A DNA stretch of 64,000 bases from an uncultured archaeon (GTDB taxonomy: Archaea > Nanobdellota > Nanobdellia > Woesearchaeales > CAIVOO01). Below, one piece after another: positions 51,330-61,947 of this stretch (the stretch's first letter is position 1; each line of letters starts with the position of its first letter). The position numbers were made by a program, and so were the translations under genes. A model generated the notes under the pieces. It was not told the origin of the DNA and ran no database searches. It saw only the letters and a list, made by a program, of their open reading frames with translations. The DNA lies in assembly GCA_963845175.1 (NCBI GenBank), contig CAWJRI010000016.1, positions 6,670 through 70,669 on the forward strand, read 5' to 3'.

Positions 51330-54244
51330 TTTAAAGTGCTTTGCCACGCTTCCTTTAGTTTGCGAATATCAGTTTCAATCACATTCCTGCCGTTCAGACC
51401 TTTTACGACAAAATTGTCTGAATATGTGACTTCTCCAATGCATGCAAAATCAGTTCCCTGCATCAGCTTTTCAAACTCTTTCTTATTCTTAGGGTCGATT
51501 GTCACCACAAACCTGCTTTGGGATTCTGAGAACAGTATGTAATCATCGCGTGCAGCATTTGTTGGAACCTTGCTCAAATCAATATCCATTCCTAAACTGC
51601 CTGCAAAAGCGCTTTCAGCAAGCGCAACAGCAAGTCCGCCATCGCTGCAGTCGTGGCACGAAGCAATAAGCTCTTTTTCAACTGCCTTTGGCAGTGATTC
51701 GTAAATCCCTTTTGCCTTTACAACATCAACCCTTGGAACAGAATTTCCCACGGCATTATTTATTTTGAAATAAACAGAGCCGCCAAGCTCTTTTTTTGTT
51801 TTTCCTACAACATAAACCAAGTCGTCTGGGCGCTTAACGTCCATTGTGATTGCTTTTCTGTAGTCATCCATGATTCCGATTGCTGAAATCAGGATTGTCG
51901 GTATAATTGAATATTTTTTCCCTTCAACTGTTTTGTCAGATGACATGCTGTCTTTTCCTGAAATGAACGGAGTCATAAATGATAGAGAATAGTTGTGGCA
52001 GGCTTCTGCTGCCCTTACAAGCTGCGCAAGCTTGAATTTTCCATCAGGATTCTTTTTCTCATCATGAATCGGGCTTGGCCAGCAGAAGTTATCAAGCAGG
52101 GCAATCTTATCAAGAGAGCCCCCTACTGAAATTATCTGCCTTATTGCCTCATCAATTGCGCAGGCTGTCCCGCGATAGGTGTCAATCTTCATGTATCTCG
52201 GATTTATTCCGTTGCTCACTGCCAGCCCTTTTTTTGACAATGGAACAGGCTTGATAACAGCAGCGTCACTTGGCCCGCAATTGCCTGACCCAACAAGCGG
52301 CTTTATTATTGTGTTCCCCTGCACCTCATGGTCATACTGCCTTACAACCCATTCCTTGCTGCAGATATTCAAGTCAGCCAGAATTTTCATCAGGGTTCCT
52401 GTATAGTCGTCAGCAGCAGGAAGCTCCGGCTCATCAAAAACAGGCCTTTTCCACTCTGCCTCCAGCTCCATCTGCGGAACTTCGTCGTGCAAAAAGTCCA
52501 TGTTAACATACGCAACTGTCCTTTCGCCGTATTTTACATGGAATTTTCCAGAATCATTAAAACTTCCCAAGACAGTTGATTCAACGCCGTGCCTTTCAGA
52601 AAGTTTCATGAATATATCAATCTTGTCTTTGGGAACTGCAATTGTCATCCTTTCCTGCGCCTCGCTGACCAAAATCTCCCAAGGGTCAAGCCCATCATAT
52701 TTCAGAGGCGCTTTTAAAATATCCATCTCAAAGCCGTTGGAAAGCTGTGCGATTTCACCGACAGAAGAGCTTAACCCACCTGCGCCGTTGTCTGTTATTG
52801 CTGTGTAAAGCCCCAAATCGCGGGCAACCAGAAGCATGTCCAGCATCTTTTTCTGCACAATCGGCGCGCCTATCTGGACGTGCTGCGCACTTATAGTGTC
52901 CATGTGGCTTATTGATGACTGTGTTGCGCCATGAATGCCGTCCTTGCCGATTCTTCCGCCGACCATTACAATGTAATCGCCGGGGTCTATCCTCTTTTCT
53001 TCAGAAGGCTCGCCATTTATTTCTTTTGGCATTATACCAAGTGTTCCGCAGTAAACAAGCGGTCTTGCAATATAGCAGTCGTCAAAAACAACTGTGCCGT
53101 TCACGGTCGGAATCCCGCTCTTGTTCCCGCCATGCTCAATGCCTTTCTCAACTCCCTTGAAAATCCTTTTCGGGCGGAGCACTCCTTTTGGCACATTTTC
53201 TTCAGGCGTTTCAGGCGGTCCGAAGCACAGGACATTTGTGTTTGCTATCAGCTTCGCGCCGCGCCCTGTCCCACCCGGATCCCTGTTGACGCCGACAATT
53301 CCTGTGATTGACCCTCCGTAAGGATCTGCAGCTGACGGCGAATTATGAGTCTCGACCTTGAAAACAAGATTGTTGTCTTTATCAAATCCGATGACGCCTG
53401 CGTTGTCTGTGAATACAGACACACAGAAATCATTTTTGCCAAGCTTTTGCCTTATTTCGTTTGTTGCAGCGAATATTCTTGTTTTCAGCAGGCTGTCAAT
53501 TGTCTTTCCTTCATAATTTATTTTTGCATTAAAAATCTTATGCTTGCAGTGCTCGCTCCATGTCTGCGCAATTGACTCAAGCTCAACATCTGTCGGGTTT
53601 GCTGAGAGGCCAAACTTTTTCCTTTCTTCAACAACCTTAGGCTTTGAGAAATATGCTTTTATTGCTTTCATCTCCTGAAGATTCAATGCAAGAGTCCTGC
53701 TATTGCTTATTTTTGCCAGCTCTTCGTCAGGCACATCAAGGTTGATTTCATCCACATCCCCTCCTGTAAGCCTTGCAATAGGAAGATCAAGCGGTTGATT
53801 TACCAGCCATCTTTCTATTATTGAGTTGCTTAAATAATCCCCTATTTTACAAATTTCATTGCAATTCAAACGCCCGGAAATCAATAATTTTTTTGAAGTG
53901 AAAAACTTTTCCTCTTCCGAAAGCTTTTTCCCAAGCAAATCCTCAACAGCCTCCTTTGCAGTTGCGCCGACATTGTCTGTCACGCCGGGCTTGTAGCCGA
54001 TTTCAAGGATAAGGTCTGCAGGAAATTCTTTGTCAATCAGGCATTTTTGGACTATCTTGTCTGTCAAAGGCCCCTGCGCAATCCTTTCCAATTCCTCTCC
54101 AGAGAACTCTGCGTTTGTCGAGTAAACATCAACAACCCTGACTCTCCCAACATCTATCCCCAAATCTTCCTTTACATCTTTTTTTATGCTATCTCCTCTG
54201 GCGTCATTGAATTCTTTCTTTATGATGACTTCAATCCTGTGCAT
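51323..54244 (-). CDS. purL: FGAM synthase PurL with fused PurS-like N-terminal domain
   Basis: ATG at 54244 (MHRIEVIIKKEF..., PurS-like). ETHNSPSAADPYGGS and duplicated AIRS/AIRS_C regions. ~973 aa without a glutaminase domain. Confidence 0.9.
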   Translation of the reverse strand: MHRIEVIIKKEFNDARGDSIKKDVKEDLGIDVGRVRVVDVYSTNAEFSGEELERIAQGPLTDKIVQKCLIDKEFPADLILEIGYKPGVTDNVGATAKEAVEDLLGKKLSEEEKFFTSKKLLISGRLNCNEICKIGDYLSNSIIERWLVNQPLDLPIARLTGGDVDEINLDVPDEELAKISNSRTLALNLQEMKAIKAYFSKPKVVEERKKFGLSANPTDVELESIAQTWSEHCKHKIFNAKINYEGKTIDSLLKTRIFAATNEIRQKLGKNDFCVSVFTDNAGVIGFDKDNNLVFKVETHNSPSAADPYGGSITGIVGVNRDPGGTGRGAKLIANTNVLCFGPPETPEENVPKGVLRPKRIFKGVEKGIEHGGNKSGIPTVNGTVVFDDCYIARPLVYCGTLGIMPKEINGEPSEEKRIDPGDYIVMVGGRIGKDGIHGATQSSISHMDTISAQHVQIGAPIVQKKMLDMLLVARDLGLYTAITDNGAGGLSSSVGEIAQLSNGFEMDILKAPLKYDGLDPWEILVSEAQERMTIAVPKDKIDIFMKLSERHGVESTVLGSFNDSGKFHVKYGERTVAYVNMDFLHDEVPQMELEAEWKRPVFDEPELPAADDYTGTLMKILADLNICSKEWVVRQYDHEVQGNTIIKPLVGSGNCGPSDAAVIKPVPLSKKGLAVSNGINPRYMKIDTYRGTACAIDEAIRQIISVGGSLDKIALLDNFCWPSPIHDEKKNPDGKFKLAQLVRAAEACHNYSLSFMTPFISGKDSMSSDKTVEGKKYSIIPTILISAIGIMDDYRKAITMDVKRPDDLVYVVGKTKKELGGSVYFKINNAVGNSVPRVDVVKAKGIYESLPKAVEKELIASCHDCSDGGLAVALAESAFAGSLGMDIDLSKVPTNAARDDYILFSESQSRFVVTIDPKNKKEFEKLMQGTDFACIGEVTYSDNFVVKGLNGRNVIETDIRKLKEAWQSTLKW

Positions 54245-54245
54245 T

Positions 54246-55343
54246 TTATTTGAACTCCAGCATCTTACCTTCACTGAAATATCCTTTGCTATTGATTCTT
54301 ATGCCTGGCTTTTCTGTCACATGACCAACTATCTGCGCATAAGTTCCCATACTGTGAAGCTTATTAAGAGTTTTTTCAGCTTCTTTTTTTGAAACAACAA
54401 TCAACATTCCATTGCCCATGTTCCATGTTTTGTATACCTCTTCGTCAGAAGTGCCTCCCAATTCTTGTATTTGTTTCATTATTTCAGTAGGTTCTATCAA
54501 ATCAGTCAACTCTGCTCCCAAGTTTTTAGGCCCAAGCACCCTTCCAAGCTTTTCTGGGATTCCGCCTCCTGTTATGTGCGCTACACCATTCAGCCTGACA
54601 TAAGGCTCTTCGCCAAATCCTCCATGTAGTTGAAGAATTTTTTTAGCATAAATTGTCGAATGCGCCAATATTTGAGACACCAAAACTGGTTCTTTTTTAT
54701 GCCACTCATCTCCAAACTTTTTTTCTAATGCATCCCTTATTAACGAATAACCATTTGACCTAAAACTGTATTCTGCTAACGCGATTATGTGATCCTGTGG
54801 CTTGATGTATTTTCCAGTAATTTCTTTCCCCTCTCCGAGAATAGAAAGCACTGTTCCTTCCCAATTGTATGCGTTTTCAGTATACCCGCCAATTCTTCGG
54901 CCAAGCTGGGCAATTTCTCCGCTAACAATGGCTATGCCAGCTTCTTTTGCAGCTTCGACCATTCCTATGGCAAGCTGTTCAATAACTTCCTTGCTTAGTT
55001 TTTTAAATCCTAATGTATCTGCCCCAGCAATTGGTTCTGCACCAAACCTGACAGAATCATCTGCAAGCATCGCAAAAAGGTCAAAACCCATTGTTCTATG
55101 ATTTTCTGCCCTTTCAGCAATTTCAATTTTTGTGCCAATGCCGTCTGAATTCAGCATTAACCTGTATGGACCAAGGCTTATTGTGACAATCCTGTGCAAC
55201 CCCTCTTCTTCCAGAACTACAATCTCTCCAATCCTGCCTTTTCTGTTTTTGTATGTTTGCTGGCACGCCTTTGCCATTATTGCACTGCAAATATTAGCTA
55301 AAGTGTCGTCAACCCCTGCTTTCTTGTATGTTAGTTCAGTCAT
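54246..55343 (-). CDS. purM: AIR synthetase
   Basis: YKKAGVD start, DGIGTK, and GGGIPEKL-type C-terminal domain. Confidence 0.9.
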   Translation of the reverse strand: MTELTYKKAGVDDTLANICSAIMAKACQQTYKNRKGRIGEIVVLEEEGLHRIVTISLGPYRLMLNSDGIGTKIEIAERAENHRTMGFDLFAMLADDSVRFGAEPIAGADTLGFKKLSKEVIEQLAIGMVEAAKEAGIAIVSGEIAQLGRRIGGYTENAYNWEGTVLSILGEGKEITGKYIKPQDHIIALAEYSFRSNGYSLIRDALEKKFGDEWHKKEPVLVSQILAHSTIYAKKILQLHGGFGEEPYVRLNGVAHITGGGIPEKLGRVLGPKNLGAELTDLIEPTEIMKQIQELGGTSDEEVYKTWNMGNGMLIVVSKKEAEKTLNKLHSMGTYAQIVGHVTEKPGIRINSKGYFSEGKMLEFK

Positions 55344-55347
55344 TTTT

Positions 55348-56076
55348 TCACTTCTCCAGCCCGTGCCTGTTAATTATGTGATGCACTATCTCCTTGCCGT
55401 TGATAAAGGCGCAGGCAACAGCAACCCTGAAATCAGGGTTTAGCGCGCCGTAAACTGCTTCTGCAATGTCCTTTGGAGTATTTCCTTCTAATTTGACATC
55501 AAGCGGTTCGCCTTCGAATGAAGGAAGCGGATTCTGGTTTTTGCCTGAATACGTTGAAATCAGCTTTCCTTTTCCAGGAGCAAGCTCAAATTCAAAAAAT
55601 TGTCTTTGACTGATTGCACCTCCATTCAAAATTTCTTCTCTTTTTATTATTCCAATTGCATCTTTTTTGCTATCAAGCCCGACATAGGCAGCTATCCTTG
55701 GAGTGAAATGCGGCGGATCAGCTTCGTAAGACCATGCAGAAAGGGAGCCTTCAAGAATTTGTAATGGAGTAAACTCGTGCCAAGGGTGCATGTCAATTGT
55801 GTCAGTTTGTTTCCCATTACTGAGTATTATAGAATCTTTATTTAAAATCATTGCAGGATAAAAAAGCAGATCAGCATCTCCTTTCTTCAGCTCCTCTTCA
55901 TTTGTCGGCATCACTAGTATTCTTCCGTATCGCAGCTCAAATTTTCTTGCCTGGTTAGGAGGAGACCTTACCGTTATTGCGTAAACAGCAAACTTGCTTT
56001 CTCCTGAAACATCCTTTCCGATAATTAGCAATCTTCCAGGATACTCCATGTTTGCAAGCGCTTCTAAGTCATTCAT
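55348..56076 (-). CDS. purO: archaeal IMP cyclohydrolase PurO
   Basis: YPGRLLIIGKD...AVYAITVRSPPNQARKF is the PurO-family N-terminus. Operon context. Confidence 0.8.
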   Translation of the reverse strand: MNDLEALANMEYPGRLLIIGKDVSGESKFAVYAITVRSPPNQARKFELRYGRILVMPTNEEELKKGDADLLFYPAMILNKDSIILSNGKQTDTIDMHPWHEFTPLQILEGSLSAWSYEADPPHFTPRIAAYVGLDSKKDAIGIIKREEILNGGAISQRQFFEFELAPGKGKLISTYSGKNQNPLPSFEGEPLDVKLEGNTPKDIAEAVYGALNPDFRVAVACAFINGKEIVHHIINRHGLEK

Positions 56077-56087
56077 TTTTCATCACC

Positions 56088-57188
56088 TTAAATCATATTA
56101 TTCATAATCATGTATTCAGCATTCAGAATCGATGCTCCTGCGGCTCCCCTTATTGTATTGTGCGACACCAGCCTGTATTTTATCTCTTTTTCGTCCTTTC
56201 CGTGCTTGAGTGTTCCGACAGTCACAGACATACCGTTTCCTGCCATCAAGTCATATCTTATCTGCGGCCTGTCTATCTTTGGCGTATAAATTATTGGTTT
56301 TTCAGGTGATGAAGGCAGTTCAAGCTTTTTCAGCGGATTGAAGCTTTCAAACGCATGAATCACGTCTTCCAGCTTTATTTTGTTATCGAACCTCACTGTC
56401 ACACATTCAAGATGCCCATCTTTGTGCGCGACCCTGTTGCATTGTGCGCCTATTTTTATTTCTGCGCGCTCAAATTTGTCGCATATGTACCTTCCTAAAA
56501 TCTTCAGTGGCTCGTTTTCAACCTTCCATTCTTCGTCTTTAATGTAAGGGATAACATTGTCGATTATGTCCAATGCCGAAACTCCCGGGTAGCCTGCGCC
56601 TGACAATGCTTGGAATGTCACAACATCAACGGATTTCATTCCGAAATCAAGCAGTGGCTTGAGCGTCAGCGCCAGCCCAATTGTCGTGCAGTTGGGATTT
56701 GTGACTATTGCCCCTTCTCTCAAATCCCACTTTATCCTTTGATGAGACAGAACACTTGTATGATAGCCATTTATTTCAGGGATAACAAGCGGGACGCAGT
56801 CGCCAAATTCTTTGACATCTTTCTCTGTTCCACCCCACCTGAATGTCTTTGTGTTTGAACAAACAACTGCTCCGCTTCTTGCACAAACTAATTCATAGTC
56901 TCTTGCAATATCTGCGTCAAGCGCAGAAAAAATAATTTTACAATCATAACTATCAGTCATAACTTTCTTGACTTTTTTGCTTCTGAATTTTTCAGGAATG
57001 TCGCCAGAAACAATCCAACCGCCTTTGGCAGCAACTGCTTCTTCATATGTCTTGCCAGCAGATCTTTCAGAAGCAGCTAGTTCAGCCAATTCAAACAAAG
57101 GATGGTCTTTAAGCAAATCAACAAATCTCTGTCCGACAGCCCCTGTTGCCCCCAGCACGCCAACTTTTATTTTTTTCAAATTAACCAC
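56088..57188 (-). CDS. asd: aspartate-semialdehyde dehydrogenase (archaeal type)
   Basis: KVGVLGATGAVGQRFVDLLKDHPLFELAELAASERSAGK, the active-site region TNPNCTTI, and SGAGYPG. Confidence 0.85.
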   Translation of the reverse strand: MVNLKKIKVGVLGATGAVGQRFVDLLKDHPLFELAELAASERSAGKTYEEAVAAKGGWIVSGDIPEKFRSKKVKKVMTDSYDCKIIFSALDADIARDYELVCARSGAVVCSNTKTFRWGGTEKDVKEFGDCVPLVIPEINGYHTSVLSHQRIKWDLREGAIVTNPNCTTIGLALTLKPLLDFGMKSVDVVTFQALSGAGYPGVSALDIIDNVIPYIKDEEWKVENEPLKILGRYICDKFERAEIKIGAQCNRVAHKDGHLECVTVRFDNKIKLEDVIHAFESFNPLKKLELPSSPEKPIIYTPKIDRPQIRYDLMAGNGMSVTVGTLKHGKDEKEIKYRLVSHNTIRGAAGASILNAEYMIMNNMI

Positions 57189-57303
57189 CTAGATTTATTA
57201 GTTTACAAGCTGTTTTATATAGTTTTCCAGAAGATTTTCGTACCAAGTTTGTGACGAATATGCCTCAATAAAGCTTAAATATTAACTCACTTTAGCAATC
57301 TCC

Positions 57304-57792
57304 ATGGACAAGAGACAAAAGATTCTGGACTTTATGACAAGGGATGCAAGGATTTCAGCTGCGCAGATAGCTGCAATGCTTGACATGGATGAAAGCGAAG
57401 TCAGGAGAGCAATCAAGGGTTTTGAAGATGACAATGTAATTGTCAAGTATAAGGCAATGGTCAATCCGCAGAAAGTTGAAAACGGCAATGTAACTGCGCT
57501 GATTGAAATAAAAGTTATTCCCGAGCGGGGCACCGGCTTTGACTCTGTTTCCGAAAGAATCGCGAAATTCCCAGAGGTCAAGAGCCTGTTTTTATTGTCA
57601 GGCACATATGATTTGCTCGCAATTGCCGAAGGAAAGAATCTTCAGGAAGTCTCTGCATTTGTCTCGCAGAAGCTCGCGACAATCGAAAGGGTGCAGAGTA
57701 CAACAACTCACTTTCTCCTTAAGAAATACAAGGAAGACGGGATAGAATTCTTTGAGCAGGACAGGACAAGAAGGCTGCAGATAACACCATGA
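57304..57792 (+). CDS. Lrp/AsnC-family transcriptional regulator
   Basis: An HTH (ARISAAQIAAMLDMDESEVRRAIKGFEDDNVI) plus a RAM-like domain. Confidence 0.85.
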   Translation: MDKRQKILDFMTRDARISAAQIAAMLDMDESEVRRAIKGFEDDNVIVKYKAMVNPQKVENGNVTALIEIKVIPERGTGFDSVSERIAKFPEVKSLFLLSGTYDLLAIAEGKNLQEVSAFVSQKLATIERVQSTTTHFLLKKYKEDGIEFFEQDRTRRLQITP

Positions 57793-58928
57793 ACGAGAAA
57801 GTTAAGGCAATTCCGCCGTCAGGGATAAGGAAATTCTTTGACATGGTCAGCGAAATGGACGATGTCATCTCACTCGGCGTAGGCGAGCCTGATTTTATAA
57901 CACCCTGGCACATAAGGGAAGGCTCAATCTATGCATTGGAGAAAGGGCATACTTCATACACATCAAATAAGGGAATGAAGGAGCTGAGGGAAGAAATAGC
58001 AAAGTATGCTGCAGAAACTTTCAATGCACCTTATGATTCGAACAACATTCTTGTGACTGTCGGAGTCAGCGAGGCATTTGATTTAGCATTAAGAACTTTG
58101 CTTAATCCAAACGATGAAGTAATAATTCCGGAGCCCTGCTATGTCAGCTACAAGCCGTTGAGCTATTTGTGCAATGCAAAGCCAGTTGTAATAGACACAA
58201 AAGAGGAGGATGAGTTCGAGCTTAGGGCAGAGGACATTGAAGAGGCAATAACAAGGAAAACAAAGGCAATTATATTGAATTATCCGAACAACCCAACAGG
58301 CGCAACACTGTCAAAAAAGCGCATGAATGAGATTGCAAACACAATTCTCCAGAACAAAATCTGGCTTATTTCAGACGAGATTTACTCTGAACTGACTTAT
58401 GACGGCAGCCATACTTCATTTGCAAGCTCTGAGGAGATGAGGAAAAGAATGATTTTCCTACATGGCTTTTCAAAGGCATATGCAATGACAGGCTTCAGGA
58501 TTGGATATGCAGCCGGGCCAGAGGAAACAATAAGCCTGATGACAAAAATCCACCAGTACTCAATGCTCTGCGCGCCAATTATAGGGCAGATGGCTGCGAT
58601 TGAAGCGCTGAGAAATGGAAATGAGGAAATGCTGAAGATGAAGGAGGAATATGATCAGAGGAGAAAGCTGATTGTGAAGGGATTAAACAAAATCGGATTG
58701 AACTGCTTCACGCCAAAAGGAGCTTTCTATGCGTTCCCTTCAATCAAGTCAACAGGGCTTTCATCTGAGATGTTCTGCGAGGAGCTTTTAAAAAAAGAGA
58801 AAGTTGCGACTGTGCCTGGCAACGCATTCGGAAGAAGCGGGGAGGGATTTATAAGGTGCTCCTATGCAGCCTCCATAGACGAAATAAACATAGCATTGGA
58901 GCGGATTGAGAGATTTTTAAGTTCTTAG
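57789..58928 (+). CDS. class I/II pyridoxal-phosphate aminotransferase (aspartate aminotransferase-like)
   Basis: NYPNNPTG, SDEIYSEL and the PLP-lysine region FSKAYAMTGFRIGY. 4-nt overlap with the lrp stop. Confidence 0.9.
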   Translation: MNEKVKAIPPSGIRKFFDMVSEMDDVISLGVGEPDFITPWHIREGSIYALEKGHTSYTSNKGMKELREEIAKYAAETFNAPYDSNNILVTVGVSEAFDLALRTLLNPNDEVIIPEPCYVSYKPLSYLCNAKPVVIDTKEEDEFELRAEDIEEAITRKTKAIILNYPNNPTGATLSKKRMNEIANTILQNKIWLISDEIYSELTYDGSHTSFASSEEMRKRMIFLHGFSKAYAMTGFRIGYAAGPEETISLMTKIHQYSMLCAPIIGQMAAIEALRNGNEEMLKMKEEYDQRRKLIVKGLNKIGLNCFTPKGAFYAFPSIKSTGLSSEMFCEELLKKEKVATVPGNAFGRSGEGFIRCSYAASIDEINIALERIERFLSS

Positions 58929-58992
58929 AACACGCGCGGTTACGCGCTTAACTATTATGACACTTGTCTAATAGCTTTTTCCCGCCCTAACA

Positions 58993-59011
58993 CCTTTTTC
59001 TCTGAAAAAGG
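58993..59011 (+). terminator. perfect 8-bp hairpin followed by a T-rich tract
   Basis: cctttttc-tct-gaaaaagg then ggtttgttt, ~65 nt after the aminotransferase stop. Confidence 0.3.
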
Positions 59012-59106
59012 GGTTTGTTTGAGAAGTTTATAAATAATAGATAAATCAATTTATATTTTATATTACAGATATGCTTATTAACTAATTTTTATTTTAAAAT
59101 TTGTAG

Positions 59107-60657
59107 GTGTTTATGGATGAGGCAAAAGAGAGTTGCGGAATTGTTGCAGCAAGGCTGAAAAAGCCGCTTGCTGAATATTCGCTTGGAGGGGTTGTTGAGC
59201 CTATTTATAGGATGCTTCTCGTGCTGCAGAACAGGGGGCAGCTCAGCGCTGGCTTTACAACACTCAATCCAAATGGCTCAGGGCTTTTCAAATTCCCCCA
59301 TACAGGCGTGGGGCTTGTTAATACAGTTTTTAAGGTTACAAACAAGGAAGAAAAGTTGGATTTACTCAGGAAATATGCAAGCACTGTGGGCATAGGTCAT
59401 AACAGGTACGCAACAGTAAATGTTGGAGATGATTATTCTAAAATTCTGGAAGAAGCGCAGCCATTTTACCGTGCTCATGGAAAATTATGGAAAGAGTTTG
59501 CGCTGGCATTCAATGGAAATCTTGCAAATTATAGTGCATTACGAAAACAGCTGGAGGAAGAAAGAAGCTACACATTCAAGACAAATACAGATACAGAAAT
59601 TCTTCAGCATTTGTTTGCAATAATGATTGCAGAGGAAGAAGATAAGCTTGAAAGAAAGCCCAACGAGAAGAAATGCAAACCTAATTTCCTGCAGGTGTTA
59701 AAACAGGTTTACCCCGAATTTGACGGCGCGTATAACATAGTTTTTTTGAACGGGAATGGCGATTTGGCAGTCATAAGAGACCCATTAGGATTCAAGCCGT
59801 TGTGCTATGGAGAAAATGACGACCTTTTCGCTGCAGCATCTGAAAGCGTGGCGCTGACTAAGATTGGAATAAAAGAAATAAACTTTGTGGAACCGGGGCA
59901 GGTAGTTATGTTCCAAGACAACAAATTTTCAGTTGAAAGGTATGCAAAAGCGGAGAAAACCGCAGAATGTATGTTCGAAAGGGTTTATTTCTCTGATGTG
60001 TCATCGGTTTTCAGTGAAGGCTCAATATATGGAATGAGAACAAATCTTGGCACAGCGCTTGCAAAAATTGAGCCATTGAAAGAAAACTTCAAAAAAGATA
60101 AAGAATTCATTGTCGTGCCTGTTCCCCAGACTTCAAAGACATCTGCTGAAGCATATGCAAATGAACTTGAACTGCCATATAGAGAAGGGGCAATAATTAA
60201 AAATGAATATGTAGGAAGAATTTTTATAGAAAAGGATAGAAAAAAGATAAAAGATAAGTTCAGACTTGTGAAAGATATTTTGCATAACAAAAAAGTAATG
60301 TTAGTTGATGATAGTCTTGTCAGAGGTGACACAAGCAGAGAGTTAGTGGAGTATTTAAAAAATGAAGGAGGCGCAAAAGAGGTTCATATGAGATTGACCT
60401 GCCCTCCAATAATAGCCCCCTGCTTTTATGGAATAGATTTTCCGACAATAAAAGAACTCGCAGCTGCCAAATACAAGTCAGTAGATGATGCTGAATTCTA
60501 TCTGGCGCAGGACATAGGCGCGACAACATTGAAGTACCAGACAATTGAAGGGCTTACTAATTCGCTGATTCTTACGAGAGAAAGATTATGCCTTGCCTGC
60601 CTTAATAGGGAATACCCAACAAAATGTGGCGAAGAAAATTATAAAAAACAACTTTAG
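59107..60657 (+). CDS. purF: amidophosphoribosyltransferase
   Basis: Propeptide then CGIVAA (N-terminal nucleophile Cys). PRT motif VMLVDDSLVRGDT. C-terminal Cys ligands (CPPIIAPCFYGIDFP). The start is GTG 59107 or ATG 59113. Confidence 0.9.
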   Translation: MFMDEAKESCGIVAARLKKPLAEYSLGGVVEPIYRMLLVLQNRGQLSAGFTTLNPNGSGLFKFPHTGVGLVNTVFKVTNKEEKLDLLRKYASTVGIGHNRYATVNVGDDYSKILEEAQPFYRAHGKLWKEFALAFNGNLANYSALRKQLEEERSYTFKTNTDTEILQHLFAIMIAEEEDKLERKPNEKKCKPNFLQVLKQVYPEFDGAYNIVFLNGNGDLAVIRDPLGFKPLCYGENDDLFAAASESVALTKIGIKEINFVEPGQVVMFQDNKFSVERYAKAEKTAECMFERVYFSDVSSVFSEGSIYGMRTNLGTALAKIEPLKENFKKDKEFIVVPVPQTSKTSAEAYANELELPYREGAIIKNEYVGRIFIEKDRKKIKDKFRLVKDILHNKKVMLVDDSLVRGDTSRELVEYLKNEGGAKEVHMRLTCPPIIAPCFYGIDFPTIKELAAAKYKSVDDAEFYLAQDIGATTLKYQTIEGLTNSLILTRERLCLACLNREYPTKCGEENYKKQL

Positions 60658-61883
60658 ATCTTATCTATCTTCATAATCTCTTCCTTGCCTGACTCCATGT
60701 TCTTGATTTTTACATTGCCTTTCTTCAGCTCGTCAGGCCCGACAATAATTACCTTCTTTGCATTTATAGAATTGGCATAATTAAGTTGTTTTGAAAGCGG
60801 CCTCCTCATCAAATCAATGTCAACAGAATATCTTTTTCTCAGTTCGCTGCAGATTTTTAATGCTTTTTCCCTCACTTCATCATTGATTACTGCGATGAAG
60901 AAATCAACGCCTTTGTCAGGCTTGGGCATCTTTTTCCTCTCCTGTAGAAGCAAGCTTAATGTTGCATAGCCTATTGCAAATCCTGTTGCAGGTGTTTTCT
61001 CACCGCCATACTGCTCAACAAGATTGTCATATCTTCCTCCGCCTGCAATTGACCTGAACTTTCCTTCCCTGTCAAATGCCTCAAAAACATTTCCAGTGTA
61101 ATACGACAACCCTCTTGCTGTTGAAAGGTCGAGCTTCACGAATTCCTTTGGAACAAGATTGAAAACAGCCTTCAATTCATCTAACCCTTCCTTTGCAAGC
61201 TTGTTCATCCTCAGTTTCTCAAGCTCTTCTAATTTTTCAATCATTATAATCTCATTTATTTTTCTGAAATTGATGTCCATCATTGTGAATTCCTTTTCCA
61301 GCTCCTCAACCGAAAGCTTGTCACTCTTGTCAATTGCCCTAAAAACAGTTTCCAATTTGTCTGCGGGAATGAAGTCGAGCAGCCCCTGCAGTAATTTCCT
61401 GTTGTTGATTTTTATAACAAAATCCTTCTCAGTCAGTCCGACTGATTTTAATGCATCAATCATAAGATTAACGATTTCAGCGTCTGCCTCTGGCTTGTCT
61501 GTGCCAAATAGCTCAACACCAAACTGATAGAATTCCCTCAGCCTTCCTTTCTGCGGAGCTTCATACCGCCAGAGCTTATCAGCATAATACCATTTGACTG
61601 GCTTTGCCAGCTCCCGCTGCTTCTGCACAAACAGCCTTGTTGCAGGCACAGTCAGGTCAGGCCTCAGCCCAAGCTGTTCATTGCCCTTTTTCTCAAGGAC
61701 AAAAATCTGGCTTCTTATTTCTTCACCCTGCTTTGTTTCAAGCAGCTCCAATGTCTCGAACGCAGGAGTTTCAATCTCCTTGTAGCCATAGCTCTCTGCA
61801 ACAGCCTTTAATCTATTGAAAATCATCTGCTGGATCTGCTTGTCATCAGGATACCAGTCTGCTGCTCCCTTTACCGGCTGCAT
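60654..61883 (-). CDS. hisS: histidine--tRNA ligase
   Basis: Class II motifs (LRPDLTVP, FYQFGVELFG, GGGRYD) and an anticodon-binding C-terminus. Its stop overlaps the convergent purF stop. Confidence 0.95.
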   Translation of the reverse strand: MQPVKGAADWYPDDKQIQQMIFNRLKAVAESYGYKEIETPAFETLELLETKQGEEIRSQIFVLEKKGNEQLGLRPDLTVPATRLFVQKQRELAKPVKWYYADKLWRYEAPQKGRLREFYQFGVELFGTDKPEADAEIVNLMIDALKSVGLTEKDFVIKINNRKLLQGLLDFIPADKLETVFRAIDKSDKLSVEELEKEFTMMDINFRKINEIIMIEKLEELEKLRMNKLAKEGLDELKAVFNLVPKEFVKLDLSTARGLSYYTGNVFEAFDREGKFRSIAGGGRYDNLVEQYGGEKTPATGFAIGYATLSLLLQERKKMPKPDKGVDFFIAVINDEVREKALKICSELRKRYSVDIDLMRRPLSKQLNYANSINAKKVIIVGPDELKKGNVKIKNMESGKEEIMKIDKI

Positions 61884-61947
61884 GATATATTATTGGTTTT
61901 GGCTCTTTATAAATCTTGTTGATTTTCTTACAGATAAATTTATTAAA

